From: an uncultured Planctomycetota bacterium
Lineage (GTDB): Bacteria > Planctomycetota > Planctomycetia > Gemmatales > Gemmataceae
Direction: 5' to 3'
Assembly: GCA_963849325.1 (NCBI GenBank)
Contig: CAWKHF010000006.1
Location: 576,001-640,000 of the forward strand
DNA length: 64,000 nucleotides
The position numbers were made by a program, and so were the translations under genes. The notes beneath the pieces were generated by a model. The model ran no database searches and had not been told where the DNA came from. It worked only from the letters and a program-made list of their open reading frames with translations. Of the stretch, positions 1 to 10,116 are shown piece after piece. The stretch's first letter is position 1. The number at the start of each line of letters is the position of its first letter.

Positions 1-272
1 TTCAGGTACGGGATGGTCAGATGCAGGCGCAGCGTCTTCTTGTCTTCGATGACGGCCGCGACGCGCACGGTGATGACGCCGGAGCGCAGGGCCTTGTCCT
101 TGGCCGCCTCCGGGTCTCGGGCCATGTTCTTCATCTCGGCCTTCTTGGGTGCCGGCGTCTTGGCCGTCTTCTTGGCGTCGTCTTTCTTGTCCTTGTCATC
201 GGCCCCCAGGACGGGCAGGACAAGCAGGAAACCCATCAGGACGAACGCGACGAGGCGTGACACGGATCGCAT
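1..272 (-). CDS. Secreted hypothetical protein (5' part; runs off window)
   Basis: Manual translation from ATG at 272 gives MRSVSRLVAFVLMGFLLVLPVLGADDKDKK..., a signal peptide followed by a Lys/Asp-rich segment. Confidence 0.6.
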   Translation of the reverse strand, partial: MRSVSRLVAFVLMGFLLVLPVLGADDKDKKDDAKKTAKTPAPKKAEMKNMARDPEAAKDKALRSGVITVRVAAVIEDKKTLRLHLTIPYL

Positions 273-398
273 GGCCCAGTCCCCTTGCAAAGCAGCCCAC
301 GACAGTATTTCCATCTGCCGAATAGTTTACCCGGTCGCCGCGGACAGAACAAATGAAAAATGCCGCGGACGCACGCCCGTCGCCGCTGGGCGCGGCCG

Positions 399-914
399 TT
401 ACACACGGCCCTCCTTCTCCCACGGCGCGGGGAAGCTGCCGTGGGCGTAACGCTGGGCCAGTTCCAGGTAATGGGCCGAGATGGCTTGCGTTCGCCGCAG
501 GTCGTCGTCGCTGACCTCCCGGACGACTCGGCCGGGCACGCCCATGACCACCGAGCGCGGCGGGATGCGGCGTTTCTCGGTGATGAGGGTGCCGGCCGCG
601 ACGAGACACTCGGCCCCGATTTCGCAGTCGGACAGCAGCAAGGCCCCCATGCCGACGAGCGTATCGCGGCCGATGAAACGGCCGTGCAGTACGGCCCGGT
701 GGCCGACCACGACGCCCTCCTCGATGTGCTGTGGCTTGTCGCGATCGGTGTGGACGATGCAGCCGTCCTGCAAGTTGACGCGCGGACCCAGCGTGATGCG
801 CGCCAGGTCGCCGCGCAGGATCGAGCCGAACCAAATGTTCGCGCCCGCCGACAGGACGATGTCTCCGGTCACGACCGCATTGTGCGCCACGTAATAATCC
901 TGGATCGCCCGCAT
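399..914 (-). CDS. Gamma-carbonic anhydrase family (YrdA/PaaY-like) hexapeptide-repeat protein
   Basis: IWFGSILRGD, NLQDGCIVH and VGHRAVLHG motifs; 171 aa. Confidence 0.9.
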   Translation of the reverse strand: MRAIQDYYVAHNAVVTGDIVLSAGANIWFGSILRGDLARITLGPRVNLQDGCIVHTDRDKPQHIEEGVVVGHRAVLHGRFIGRDTLVGMGALLLSDCEIGAECLVAAGTLITEKRRIPPRSVVMGVPGRVVREVSDDDLRRTQAISAHYLELAQRYAHGSFPAPWEKEGRV

Positions 915-1073
915 CGCCTTCCATCCTTTTGCCCGGTCTCTCCGTCCGCGACCGTCCTCCGCAGGCCATTGTATGACCGGCCTCGCGCCCGCCTATGGAC
1001 GGTCCTCCCCACCATCCCGACAATCAAAAGGAGCGGACGGCTGGCCGACACGAAACGAGACGGAGGCCCTGGG

Positions 1074-2228
1074 ATGCGGCGAATGGGATATGGACGAATG
1101 ACCGGGTTGCTCCTTCTGCTGGCGGCGCCCGTGTACGGCGATTCGGCTGCGGCGGAGGCGCTGGCGCGACTGAAGGCTGTCGGTCGAGAGGGGAGCGGCA
1201 ACGCCGAGGCGGCTGGGGCGTGGAAGGAAGTCGTGCGGCTCGGCCCCACGGCGCTGCCGGCGATCCTGACGGCGATGGACGACGCCGACGCTACCTCCGC
1301 CAACTGGCTGCGTACCGCCGTCGATGCCATCGCCGAGCGGTCGCTCGCGGCCGGCAAGCCGTTACCGGCCGGGCCGATGGAGCAGTTCATCCGTCAGACC
1401 CGTCACAACGGCGCCGCTCGCCGACTCGCCTACGAATGGCTGTGCCGCGTCGATCCGAAGACGCCCGCTCGTCTGCTGCCGGGCATGCTCCAGGATCCCG
1501 GAGCCGAGCTGCGCCGCGACGCGGTCGCCGCCGTTCTCCAGGACGCTCAGGCCAGGCTCGACAGGGGCGACGCGGACGGCGCTCGGTCGGCGTACCGCAA
1601 GGCACTCACCGGCGCCTGCGACAAGGACCAGGTGGACCTCATCGCGAAACAGCTCGGCAAGCTCGGCGACAAGGTGGATGTCGCCGTCCATTTCGGCTTC
1701 GTCCGCCACTGGCTTCTCGCCGCCCCCTTCGACAACACCGCAGACGCCGGCTTCAATGTCGCTTATCCCCCCGAGAAGAGTGTTGACCCAAAGGCCGTGT
1801 ACAAGGGCAAGAAAAACGCTGAGGTTCGCTGGGTCCCCTTCACCACGACCGACCCCTATGGCGTGGTCAATCTCAACAAGGTGCTGGGCAAGCATCATGG
1901 CGTCGCCGCCTACGCCTACGCCGTCATCGAATCGCCGACCGAGCGGCCCATCCAGGTCCGCGCCGGCTCGGCGAACGGGATCAAGATTTTTCTCAACGGC
2001 AAGGAGTTATACCACCGCGACGAGTACCATCACGGCATGGAGGTCGATCAGCACATCGCCCACGCCACCCTGAAGGCCGGCCGCAATGAATTACTCCTCA
2101 AGGTATGTCAGAACGAGCAGAAGGAAGATTGGGCACAGAACTGGACCTTCCAGGCGCGTCTGTGCGATGCCGTTGGCGCGGCCGTGCCGTACACGCAGGT
2201 TGCCGTAGAAGGAGAGGCGAAACCATGA
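1074..2228 (+). CDS. Secreted HEAT-repeat protein with C-terminal beta-sandwich-like domain
   Basis: Signal-like N-terminus, ANWLRTAVDAI / ARRLAYEWL / ELRRDAV helical repeats, LKAGRNELLLKVCQ; the ORF extension upstream of 1074 overlaps the previous gene and is likely spurious. Confidence 0.7.
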   Translation: MRRMGYGRMTGLLLLLAAPVYGDSAAAEALARLKAVGREGSGNAEAAGAWKEVVRLGPTALPAILTAMDDADATSANWLRTAVDAIAERSLAAGKPLPAGPMEQFIRQTRHNGAARRLAYEWLCRVDPKTPARLLPGMLQDPGAELRRDAVAAVLQDAQARLDRGDADGARSAYRKALTGACDKDQVDLIAKQLGKLGDKVDVAVHFGFVRHWLLAAPFDNTADAGFNVAYPPEKSVDPKAVYKGKKNAEVRWVPFTTTDPYGVVNLNKVLGKHHGVAAYAYAVIESPTERPIQVRAGSANGIKIFLNGKELYHRDEYHHGMEVDQHIAHATLKAGRNELLLKVCQNEQKEDWAQNWTFQARLCDAVGAAVPYTQVAVEGEAKP

Positions 2229-3553
2229 GGGGTGAAAAACAAAAGAGCCTCACGCAAAGGCGCAAAGGACGCAAAGAAAAAAAACAAGGAACCGTACCGG
2301 CATTCGCTTTTCGGTCTTTCTTTGCGTTCTTTGCGCCTTTGCGTGAGGTTCTTTCTCTCTCTCTAATCGTGCTTCTGCCGGCCGCTGCTCCGGCCGGCGA
2401 CTGGCCGCAGTTTCGCGGTCCCGGCGGCGCCGCCGTCTCCGAGGAGACCGGCCTGCCCGTGAAGTGGAGCGACACCGAGAACGTCCGCTGGAAGGCGGAG
2501 CTGCCCGGCCGCGGCGTGTCGAGTCCGGTCATCGCCGATGGCCGCGTCTACGTCACGGCCAGCTCCGGCTACCGGCAAAGGCGGCTGCACGTACTCTGTT
2601 TGGATACCGCCACCGGCCGGAAGCTCTGGGAACGACAGGTTGCCTCGACCGGCAGTACCATGTGTCATCCCAAGACGAGCATGGCCGCGCCGACGCCGGT
2701 GACGGATGGACGGCGCGTTTACGCCCTGTTCGCCACCGGCGACCTCGCCGCCTTCGATCGCGACGGCGATCTGCTGTGGTATCGCGCCCTGCAGCGCGAC
2801 TATCCCGACATCACCAACCAGGTGGGCATGGCCGCCTCGCCGGTGCTGGCCGGCGACGCGCTGCTGTTGCCGCTGGAGAACGCCGGCGATTCGTTCGCCC
2901 TAGCCGTGGACGCCGCGACCGGCCGCAACCGCTGGAAGGTGCCGCGGACGCGCGACATCAACTGGGTGACGCCGCTGCTAACGCGCTTTCACGGCAAGGC
3001 CGCCGCCCTGTTTCAGACATCCGCCGAGATCACCGCCTACGATGTGGACAATGGCGAGGTCTTGTGGAGCTACAAGGGCGACAACCTGGGATCGGTCCCC
3101 TCGCCGGCGCGGATGGACGATCTGATTATCGTGCCGGGCAACCCTTCCGTCGCCCTGCGTCTGTCCGAGGGAGACAAGCCCGAAGTAGTGTGGAAAAGCC
3201 GAAAACTGTCCGCCGCTTACGCCTCGCCGGTCGTCTACAAGGGGCGGATCTATGCCATGACCGGGATCGGCGTGAACTGTCTGGATGCGTCCACGGGGGA
3301 AGTGCTCTGGCAGGAGCGCCTGGGCCACGGCTTTTCCGCATCGCCGGTCATCGCCGACGGCAAGCTCTATGTCGCCAAGGAGGAAGGAGACACGTCGGTC
3401 GTCCAACTCGGCGACAAGCCCAAAATCCTGGCGAATAATGCCTTGAAGGAAATGTTGTTGGCCACTCCGGCGATCGCCAAGGGCGCGATTTACCTACGAA
3501 CGGAGAAGCATTTGTATTGCGTCTCGAGGATACAGTCCGAAGCGCGACCGTAA
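2225..3553 (+). CDS. PQQ-like beta-propeller (BamB-like) protein
   Basis: DWPQFRGP motif, repeated SSPVIADGRVY / ASPV..G blades; ATGA overlap with the upstream gene. Confidence 0.88.
   Translation: MRGEKQKSLTQRRKGRKEKKQGTVPAFAFRSFFAFFAPLREVLSLSLIVLLPAAAPAGDWPQFRGPGGAAVSEETGLPVKWSDTENVRWKAELPGRGVSSPVIADGRVYVTASSGYRQRRLHVLCLDTATGRKLWERQVASTGSTMCHPKTSMAAPTPVTDGRRVYALFATGDLAAFDRDGDLLWYRALQRDYPDITNQVGMAASPVLAGDALLLPLENAGDSFALAVDAATGRNRWKVPRTRDINWVTPLLTRFHGKAAALFQTSAEITAYDVDNGEVLWSYKGDNLGSVPSPARMDDLIIVPGNPSVALRLSEGDKPEVVWKSRKLSAAYASPVVYKGRIYAMTGIGVNCLDASTGEVLWQERLGHGFSASPVIADGKLYVAKEEGDTSVVQLGDKPKILANNALKEMLLATPAIAKGAIYLRTEKHLYCVSRIQSEARP
2248..2348. repeat. REP-like inverted repeat inside the 5' end of the PQQ gene
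   Basis: cctcacgcaaaggcgcaaaggacgcaaagaaa ... tttctttgcgttctttgcgcctttgcgtgagg. Confidence 0.8.
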
Positions 3554-3615
3554 GAGCCACGAACAAATGGCCAGCAGGGAGCTGACGCCTGCTCGCCAAA
3601 AGAGACCTTACGGCG

Positions 3616-3644
3616 TTGACAAGGGTCTATCATTTGTCTCTAAT
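3616..3644 (+). promoter_or_regulatory. Putative sigma70-type promoter
   Basis: TTGACA-17 bp-TCTAAT upstream of the Ig-repeat gene. Confidence 0.4.
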
Positions 3645-3766
3645 GTTCGTATGTTAACTTGCTAATGTGTTCGCACCGCCTGGAAATCATGGCGGGTTGC
3701 TTCTTACGACACCGGCGCAGCGGATCGACGAGAAGACTTACAGGACCATCAACAGAGAGAGGCATC

Positions 3767-5817
3767 ATGTTTTCCTTTGATTGGCGGAAGTGGGGAAAGC
3801 AGGTCCGTGACAGCCAACGTGCGCCGGCGCGAGAACGCTACAGCTTTCGTCCCTTGCTGGAGGTATTGGAGGACCGCGTGGTACTCAGCGGCAACAACGT
3901 CACCACGGCGGCGAGCGCGGCGACGGCCTTCTTCAGTCCGCAGGCGCAAGAGGTGCCCCTCCGCGCCACGGTCAGCGACACCAGCAATTCCGCCACCACG
4001 GTCAACGAGGGCACCGTCACCTTCACCATGAAGGACAGCAGCGGCAACACCGTGGGCAGTCCGGTCCAGGCAACGGTCAGCAACGGCGTCGCCACGACCT
4101 CCTCGTTCAGTCTACCGGCCGGGCAGGCCGTCGGCAGTTACAACATTGATGTTAGCTACAGCGACTCCAGCGGCGATTTCATCGACAGCGGCGACACCGC
4201 CAGCACGCTCACCGTCAGCGCCGCCAACGTCACCACGTTGGCGAGCGCGGAATCGGTCGCCTTCAGCCTCCAGGCGCAAACGGTGTTCCTCAGCGCCGCC
4301 GTCACCGACGCCAGCAATGCCGCCGTCACGGTCAACGGGGGCAACGTCACCTTCACCCTCAAGGACGCCAACGGCAACACCGTGGGCAGCCCGGTCCAGG
4401 GGTCCGTCAGCAGTGGCATCGCCGACGCCTCGTTCAATCTGCCGGCCGGGCAGGCCCTCGGCAGCTACAGCATTGATGTCAGCTACAGCGATTCCAGCGG
4501 CGACTTCACCGACAGCGGCGACACCGCCAGCACGCTCACCATCACGCCGCCAACGTCACCACGACGGCGAGTGCGGCGTCGGCCACCTTCAGTCCGCAGG
4601 CGCAAACGGTATCCCTCAGCGCCACAGTCAGCGACATCAGCGTTTCCACCAACACGGTCAACGAGGGCAACGTCACCTTCACCCTCAAGGACGCCAACGG
4701 CAACACCGTGAGCACGGCGCAAGGCGCGGTCAGCAACGATGTCGCCACCGCCGCGTTGAGTCTGCCAGCCGGGCAGGCCGCCGGCAGCTACAGCATTGAT
4801 GTTAGCTACAGCGACTCCAGCGGCGATTTCACCGACAGCGGCGACACCCCCAGCACGCTCACCGTCAGCGCCGCCAACGTCGCCACGATCGCCCAGGCAT
4901 CGTCCGTCGCCTACAGCACCAGCGGACAGGTCCTCTCCTTGCAGGCCACGGTCAGCGACACCAGCAGTCCCGCCAACACGGTCAACGAGGGCAACGTCAC
5001 CTTCACCATCGAGGACGCCAAGGGCAACAGCGTGGGTACGACGGTGGGCGCGGTCAGCAACGGTGTCGCCACCGCCGCGTTTAGTCTGCCGACCGGGCAA
5101 GCTCCCGGCGCTTACACTCTCCAGGTAGCCTTCAGCGATCCCTCCGGTGATTTCACGGACACCAGCGACAAATCCGCCGCGCTGACGCTCAACTTCACTC
5201 CGCCGACGGGACTGGTAGCCCAGGTCTTCGCCAGCGTGCGTGCGGGGGCGCAACTGCAAGACCCTACGAGCTTGGCTGCGGCCCTGGATCAGGTGCAGGG
5301 ATTGTATCTGGCGGCCGCCGCGCAGTCGCCGACGCAAGCCACCGCGTTGATCCAGAACGAGAGCACGTTGATGTACGATCTGACGCTGTTCTTCGACCAG
5401 GCCGTGCTGGAGGGCATCACCGATCCGACGTTGCAAGCCCACATCGCCACGTTGGCGCAGACGGTCGCCGGCAATCCGCTGTACGGCACGGCGAGCGGCA
5501 ACGCGCTGGCAACGTCCTTCGGCGCATTGTTGTCGGCTTCCTTCGACCAACCCGCCACCGTGCAGCCGGTAGCCGCCACAGCGCTGGGCCAGGCATCCAG
5601 CGACAACGCGCAGTACGGCACGGCGTCCGGCTACGATCTGGGGGTGGCTCTCGGCGCCTTGACGTTGACCAACTTCACCGCGCCCGACGCGGCCCTCCTG
5701 AGCAGTCTGGAGGCGCTGGTGCAGTCCGCCGGCTCGAATCCGCTGTACGGCACGCCGGCCGGCTATGTCATGGGGCTGTACGCCGGCGCCCTGGCGGCGA
5801 GCGGCCTGTCGCCGTAG
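3767..5817 (+). CDS. Extracellular Ig-like repeat protein with planctomycete export motif (1-nt frameshift near 4545)
   Basis: RPLLEVLEDRVVLS motif; four ~110-aa repeats (VNEGxVTFTxKD...YSIDVSYSDSSGDF); repeat comparison shows a missing base in accatcacgccgcc vs accgtcagcgccgcc. Confidence 0.75.
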
Positions 5818-6026
5818 TGATCTACGCCGAGAGTTCATCCGATCGACGCGAACGGGGAAGACAGAAGGCCATTCCGCCGAGGAAGTGTCGCTCTCTTTTC
5901 CGCTACTAATTCGCGTCGCCAAGAATTGACGGGATAGGCCGGCTTTGTAGCGGAGGGGGGCCGCCAACCGCCAGTCCTCGCCGGCCCGATCCGGCCTACC
6001 AGCAGATTCCGTGTCGGTCTGGACTG

Positions 6027-6401
6027 GTGTACGTCCACGGTTCCGGCCGGCTGGCCGTCGAGGTGGATTACCGACCGCGTACTCGGCGCCAGATGGACGC
6101 CCTGGGGCTGGTCTGCCACCAGGAAGGGGACCAGGAGGCGACCTTCCTGTTCACGTTGGAACAGGCGCCAGCCGTGTTCCGAATCGTCCGGCCCCGCCGC
6201 AAACCGGCCCGCAAAAAGGTAGTTATCGGGGGGTTCCCAAGGTCGCAAGCTCTCCTAGTAGCCTCATCCGACCCTTGGGCCGTCTCGACACTTCGAGGCA
6301 GTTTGGTCTTCTGTACAGCTTCTCAACTCTCATCCGGCGGGGCTAGCTCTGCCTCATGTCCCATCAAGGAAATCTCATGTCCGAACCCGTCCAGAAATTA
6401 A
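6027..6401 (+). CDS. Hypothetical protein, probable mobile-element remnant (5' end uncertain)
   Basis: Frame continues upstream as DPAYQQIPCRSGLVYVHGSGRLAVEVD; lies in the tRNA-associated islet. Confidence 0.35.
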   Translation: MYVHGSGRLAVEVDYRPRTRRQMDALGLVCHQEGDQEATFLFTLEQAPAVFRIVRPRRKPARKKVVIGGFPRSQALLVASSDPWAVSTLRGSLVFCTASQLSSGGASSASCPIKEISCPNPSRN

Positions 6402-6955
6402 CAGCCAAAGATCACTGCTTTTTGCACTGGCAGCACGGCCGGCCCCTCCAGCATACGTTTAATATTCCCGAGCGCGACCGCCAGCGACGCCCGAGAGCGT
6501 CTTTCTGCCTGCAACTGTACCTGGAGCCGCGCAATCTCCGCCTCTAAGGGCGATACCTCGGCCGGACGCACGACGCCCAACCCCCGCCCAGCGGGCCGCC
6601 CACCCAGAGAGGCCGAGAGACTGCCCAGTTGACCACGGGCCACAGTCAGACGCTCTCTTTCCGCATCTAACGTCGCCTGCAATCCGGCGTTTTCCACCTT
6701 CAACTGTGACACCTTTGCTTCCGCGATTGCCAGCAGCAATTCCGGCACAGGTCTGAACCATTCGCCGCGCTCTCGGGCGCCTGCAAAGCGTTCATGCCAC
6801 GCTGTTTCTTCCGGCGTGTAGCCCTCCAACGCCAAAAGTACCACCAAGTTCCCGGGACAACCCGTCTGAAATGTTCGGCGTCTGTCTGTTACAGTGCCCT
6901 TAGTCTTCCCAATCTTGATGAGTTGCGTTGCTTCATCCCGGATGAAATAGATCAT
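6398..6955 (-). CDS. GIY-YIG / T5orf172 (MUG113-like) domain protein with coiled-coil tail
   Basis: MIYFI...IKIGKT...QTGCP...E..WHERF...RGEWFRP pattern. Confidence 0.8.
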   Translation of the reverse strand: MIYFIRDEATQLIKIGKTKGTVTDRRRTFQTGCPGNLVVLLALEGYTPEETAWHERFAGARERGEWFRPVPELLLAIAEAKVSQLKVENAGLQATLDAERERLTVARGQLGSLSASLGGRPAGRGLGVVRPAEVSPLEAEIARLQVQLQAERRSRASLAVALGNIKRMLEGPAVLPVQKAVIFGC

Positions 6956-7346
6956 GGTTCGCTCCAGGTTTTCCCCGCCCTAGCTGCCGTAGATGAAACC
7001 GCCGAACGCCAAAGCTATCCTGCCGGGACCCCCTGTAAAACCTTGATATGCCGCGAAAAAAACACTATGGCGATCCGATCAGGTGCAACGGTTGGTTCGG
7101 CGACACTCGGAGCCACTGAAACCGCCGGTACATCGAAGAAGCTGTGTCAATTCGGCTTGCCTACTCCGGCGATCTCACGATAGCCGTCTGAGGTGGTAAC
7201 TCCGTAGTCGATATGCAGTCCACCCGTCCGCCCATCCGGCAATTGCACGACCACGACTTCCAGCGAACTTCTTCCTGCGATGAGCCTCTTGAAATCATCA
7301 TCTGCCAGCAATATGACGGCGTTCCAGAAAACTAGCCGGTGACTGT

Positions 7347-8380
7347 ACAACTTATTGCGCTACGCGGCGTAAGTCGTTATTCCGTGTTGTCGTTTGAGGG
7401 CGGTGAGGACCATCTTGGCCTGAACCCAGCGGCGGCACGCGCCGGTGGCTCCGCACCCACGCGGGCAGACACGACAGACCTCCCGCCCAGTTGACCAACT
7501 GCCCGAAGCGACGCTCGATCTCGTTGCGACTCTCCAGCAAACCGTCTGCGAAAGCCGGAAACGGGTTCTCCGTCAACTGAACACTATGTAGACGACCGGC
7601 GCTGTGCTGGTGCCGACCCAACCCATGGCCCGGACCCTTACGACGCCGCGCGATCAGGTACAACCCCTCCCGGCGGTCGCACACCGCGTGCAGCGGGTTG
7701 GAGTCGAAGTTGGAGTCGCCCACCACATAGCCCTGGACGTCCGCGTCACGCAGCATTCGCCGGGCCATGACACGCTCATCGCCATTCATCGGCGTCAAAC
7801 GCCAGGCGGCCACAGCGCCGTCCGACGCCACCACCGCGTGGATTTTGTAGCCCTTGGCCTTGCTGTTAGCGGCCCGCCCGTAGCCGGCCTGGCGGTCCTT
7901 GGAGCAGCCGCCGATGACCAACGGCTTACCGTCGATCATCCAGTACAAGCCGGGCTGGCGTGGAGCCATCACGCGGCGTTCCAGTTGCTCGAGGAGGGCG
8001 ACCATGCGGGGGGAACGGAGGCGGCGTGACAAGTTCCCCGGGTTAGGCAAGGGCCGGCGACGGAGAGGGAGGGGCCAGTGTTCCTTATTGCAAGCCCAGC
8101 ACTGAGGTCGGTCGTGGATGACGGCCCAGTAGAAGACGGCGACGATGTCGTGATCGGTAAAATCCTTTTCGCGTCGTCGCCGGGGCTGGTCGAAGGTAGC
8201 GAGAACGGCGACAATGGCCTTCCACAGTTGGTGTTCCATGAGGGTTCTCCTGAGGGTGGTACTTCAGGAGTTATCATGGACACCAACTGTGCTTTACCAA
8301 AGGCCACTTCGGGCGATAAGTACCAAAACGCCCAAGTCAGCTGCACGCCACTACTTGCGACGCGTAGCGCAATAAGTTGT
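7347..8380 (-). mobile_element. IS982-like insertion sequence (1034 bp)
   Basis: 28-bp terminal inverted repeats with 2 mismatches (ACAACTTATTGCGCTACGCG...) at 7347-7374 and 8353-8380; 5'-AC ends; single DDE ORF. Confidence 0.8.
7352..8239 (-). CDS. DDE transposase (IS982-like); possible frameshift near C-terminus
   Basis: IDGKPL, GYKIHAV, VGDSNFD and RNEIERRF motifs. Confidence 0.85.
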   Translation of the reverse strand: MEHQLWKAIVAVLATFDQPRRRREKDFTDHDIVAVFYWAVIHDRPQCWACNKEHWPLPLRRRPLPNPGNLSRRLRSPRMVALLEQLERRVMAPRQPGLYWMIDGKPLVIGGCSKDRQAGYGRAANSKAKGYKIHAVVASDGAVAAWRLTPMNGDERVMARRMLRDADVQGYVVGDSNFDSNPLHAVCDRREGLYLIARRRKGPGHGLGRHQHSAGRLHSVQLTENPFPAFADGLLESRNEIERRFGQLVNWAGGLSCLPAWVRSHRRVPPLGSGQDGPHRPQTTTRNNDLRRVAQ

Positions 8381-8655
8381 GTAGCGTATTTCTATCAAAT
8401 CCGCAGTCGCTGGGATCATCCCTTCTGCCGCAGCAATGTGGCATTCGATCTTTTGCCGTTGCATTTCCATATAACATACCCTCTTCAACTCTCCGGGGTC
8501 CGGGGTTTCTTTTGCGATCCTCGCGGCTTCGATTGCCAAGCCGCCGAACACCATTCTCAGCAGCCGGTTCACGCGGGAGAACCCGGAATGACGCGCACTG
8601 GCTTCCTTCGCGTGGCCCGTCTGCGCAACTTGTTCGGCCGGTACTCGGTGGTTCC

Positions 8656-9289
8656 TTAGAGCTTGCCCCTGACCTTCTCCCACACCGAGAGAGTCCCCTC
8701 GATAAAGCCTCGGGCGAAGTCGTGGCTCTCGATGGCTTGATGTCTTGTGTCTAGGGCGTTCAGCCAGAAGCCTCCGATCTCACCCCGGTCTGCTCCCCGA
8801 TCAGGAAATAAGCACCAGTAGAGGGGCTCGGCCGATTCCGGTCTTCATCGGCCCACGATACGGAAGCGCCCCCGCTTGGGCGAGTTTAGGCGCGATTCGC
8901 GGGTTGTCCGCCAGTTCATTCATCAACTCTACGGTCATTCCATCCGCGGCGACATAGTTCAGCCAGTCGGTCAAACCGCACTTGGGATCGTCCGCCAGCG
9001 CCTGCAACCGCCGCAACTGGCGGGGCGTGGCTTTCTCGGCGGCCCACTTCTCGCCCAGCAGATGACCGTCTTGGTATTCTTGATTCGCTTCCAGTTCCGC
9101 CGCTGCTTTCAAGCGGGCAACCATGTCATCCATCCCCTTTACCTCCATTTTGCTCGCGAGTTCAAGAAGTTTTCTCTCGAACGCTTCCGAGGCAACTGCC
9201 GACCAGTTCACACCCTGAACCCGTTCCATGCGAGTCTTCAACTCCCGAGGCACCGAAATGTTCGTCCGCACTACTCCCGATTCGCCCAT
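8656..9289 (-). CDS. Ribbon-helix-helix DNA-binding protein (apparent frameshift around 8800)
   Basis: N-terminal RTNISVPRELKTRM...VNWSAVASEAF; plausible C-terminus ...DFARGFIEGTLSVWEKVRGKL* in another frame ending at 8656. Confidence 0.55.
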
Positions 9290-9341
9290 CGCGTCTCCTC
9301 ACGATCTGATGTGCAACTGCCCAGCCAGCGATTATACATCT

Positions 9342-9384
9342 ATTTTACCTCTTGGTGTGTATCATGTCAATCTACTGGTGTGTA
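9342..9384 (-). promoter_or_regulatory. Sigma70 promoter with direct repeats (possible autoregulatory operator)
   Basis: TTGACA-17-TAAAAT on minus strand (9370-9342); tggtgtgta repeated at 9353-9361 and 9376-9384. Confidence 0.6.
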
Positions 9385-9568
9385 AAATGTGGTAAGAGGA
9401 AAAGCCCTAGACCCTCCCGGCGAGGTTGTAGCGGCCGTGAAAGTTTCAGGATGACGGGAAGGTTTGTAGCGGAAAGTGTAGAGGATGCTGTACTTTCCCG
9501 CTACACATTCCGCTAAAAAAATGCTACAGAAATGTTGTCGTAAGTTGGCTATGATATTCGACTTGTAA

Positions 9569-9640
9569 TGGGCGCTGAGGGAATCGAACCCCCGACCAAC
9601 ACGGTGTAAACATGCCGCTCTACCCCTGAGCTAAGCGCCC
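9569..9640 (-). tRNA. tRNA-Val (anticodon TAC), CCA not encoded
   Basis: Reverse complement GGGCGCTTAGCTCAGGGGTAGAGCGGCATGTTTACACCGTGTTGGTCGGGGGTTCGATTCCCTCAGCGCCCA folds into a cloverleaf with anticodon loop TT-TAC-AC. Confidence 0.95.
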
Positions 9641-9721
9641 CTTCGGCCTCGCCTACCAAGACACCCGGTGCGCGGCGCGGAAGGGAGAAGATCATCCCTC
9701 CGCGCCGCACGCCGAGCCGGC

Positions 9722-10068
9722 TCACATCGAGAACGAGCTGCCGCAGCCGCAGGTGCTCTTGGCGGCTGGATTGCTGATGCTGAAGCCGCGGCGATTCAGG
9801 TCGTCGTGGAAATCCACTTGCGCGTTGTCCAGGTAGATCAAGCTGCGCTTGTCCACCACGACCGGCACGCCGTGGAAGTCGAAGACCTCATCGAGCTTCT
9901 CATTGATGGCCGGGTCGAGGTCGAGCTTGTGCTGGTAGCCGCTGCAGCCGCCGCCCACCACACGCAGGCGCAGGATAGAATCTTCTCCGGCATCGAGCCG
10001 GCCGTCTGCTGCTCCTGGATGATGCGTTTGACTTCCGACGCCGCCTTTTCCGTCACGGTAATTGGCAT
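9722..10068 (-). CDS. iscA: Fe-S cluster assembly accessory protein (HesB/IscA), apparent frameshift near 9980
   Basis: MPITVTEKAA N-terminus in one frame; LRLRVVGGGCSGY...TCGCGSSF in another. Confidence 0.88.
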
Positions 10069-10116
10069 GATTGTCCCTTTCGTTGGTCACGGGTCTCGAT
10101 TCACAAACCGTCTACT

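Larger units (their letters stand above)
7147..8683 (-). pseudogene. Hypothetical gene split by the IS (parts 7147-7346 and 8381 upward; start uncertain)
   Basis: Removing 7347-8380 and one copy of the 2-bp GT duplication fuses ...LIEIRY to SHRLVFWN... in frame. Confidence 0.6.

Noticed and set aside
360-1073. N-terminal 238 aa of the 622-aa ORF
   Set aside because: Antisense to the gamma-CA gene; the plausible start with SD and signal peptide is at ~1074
5820-5960. att duplication of the tRNA-Val 3' end
   Set aside because: No copy of tgggcgctgaggg found at the far end of the islet
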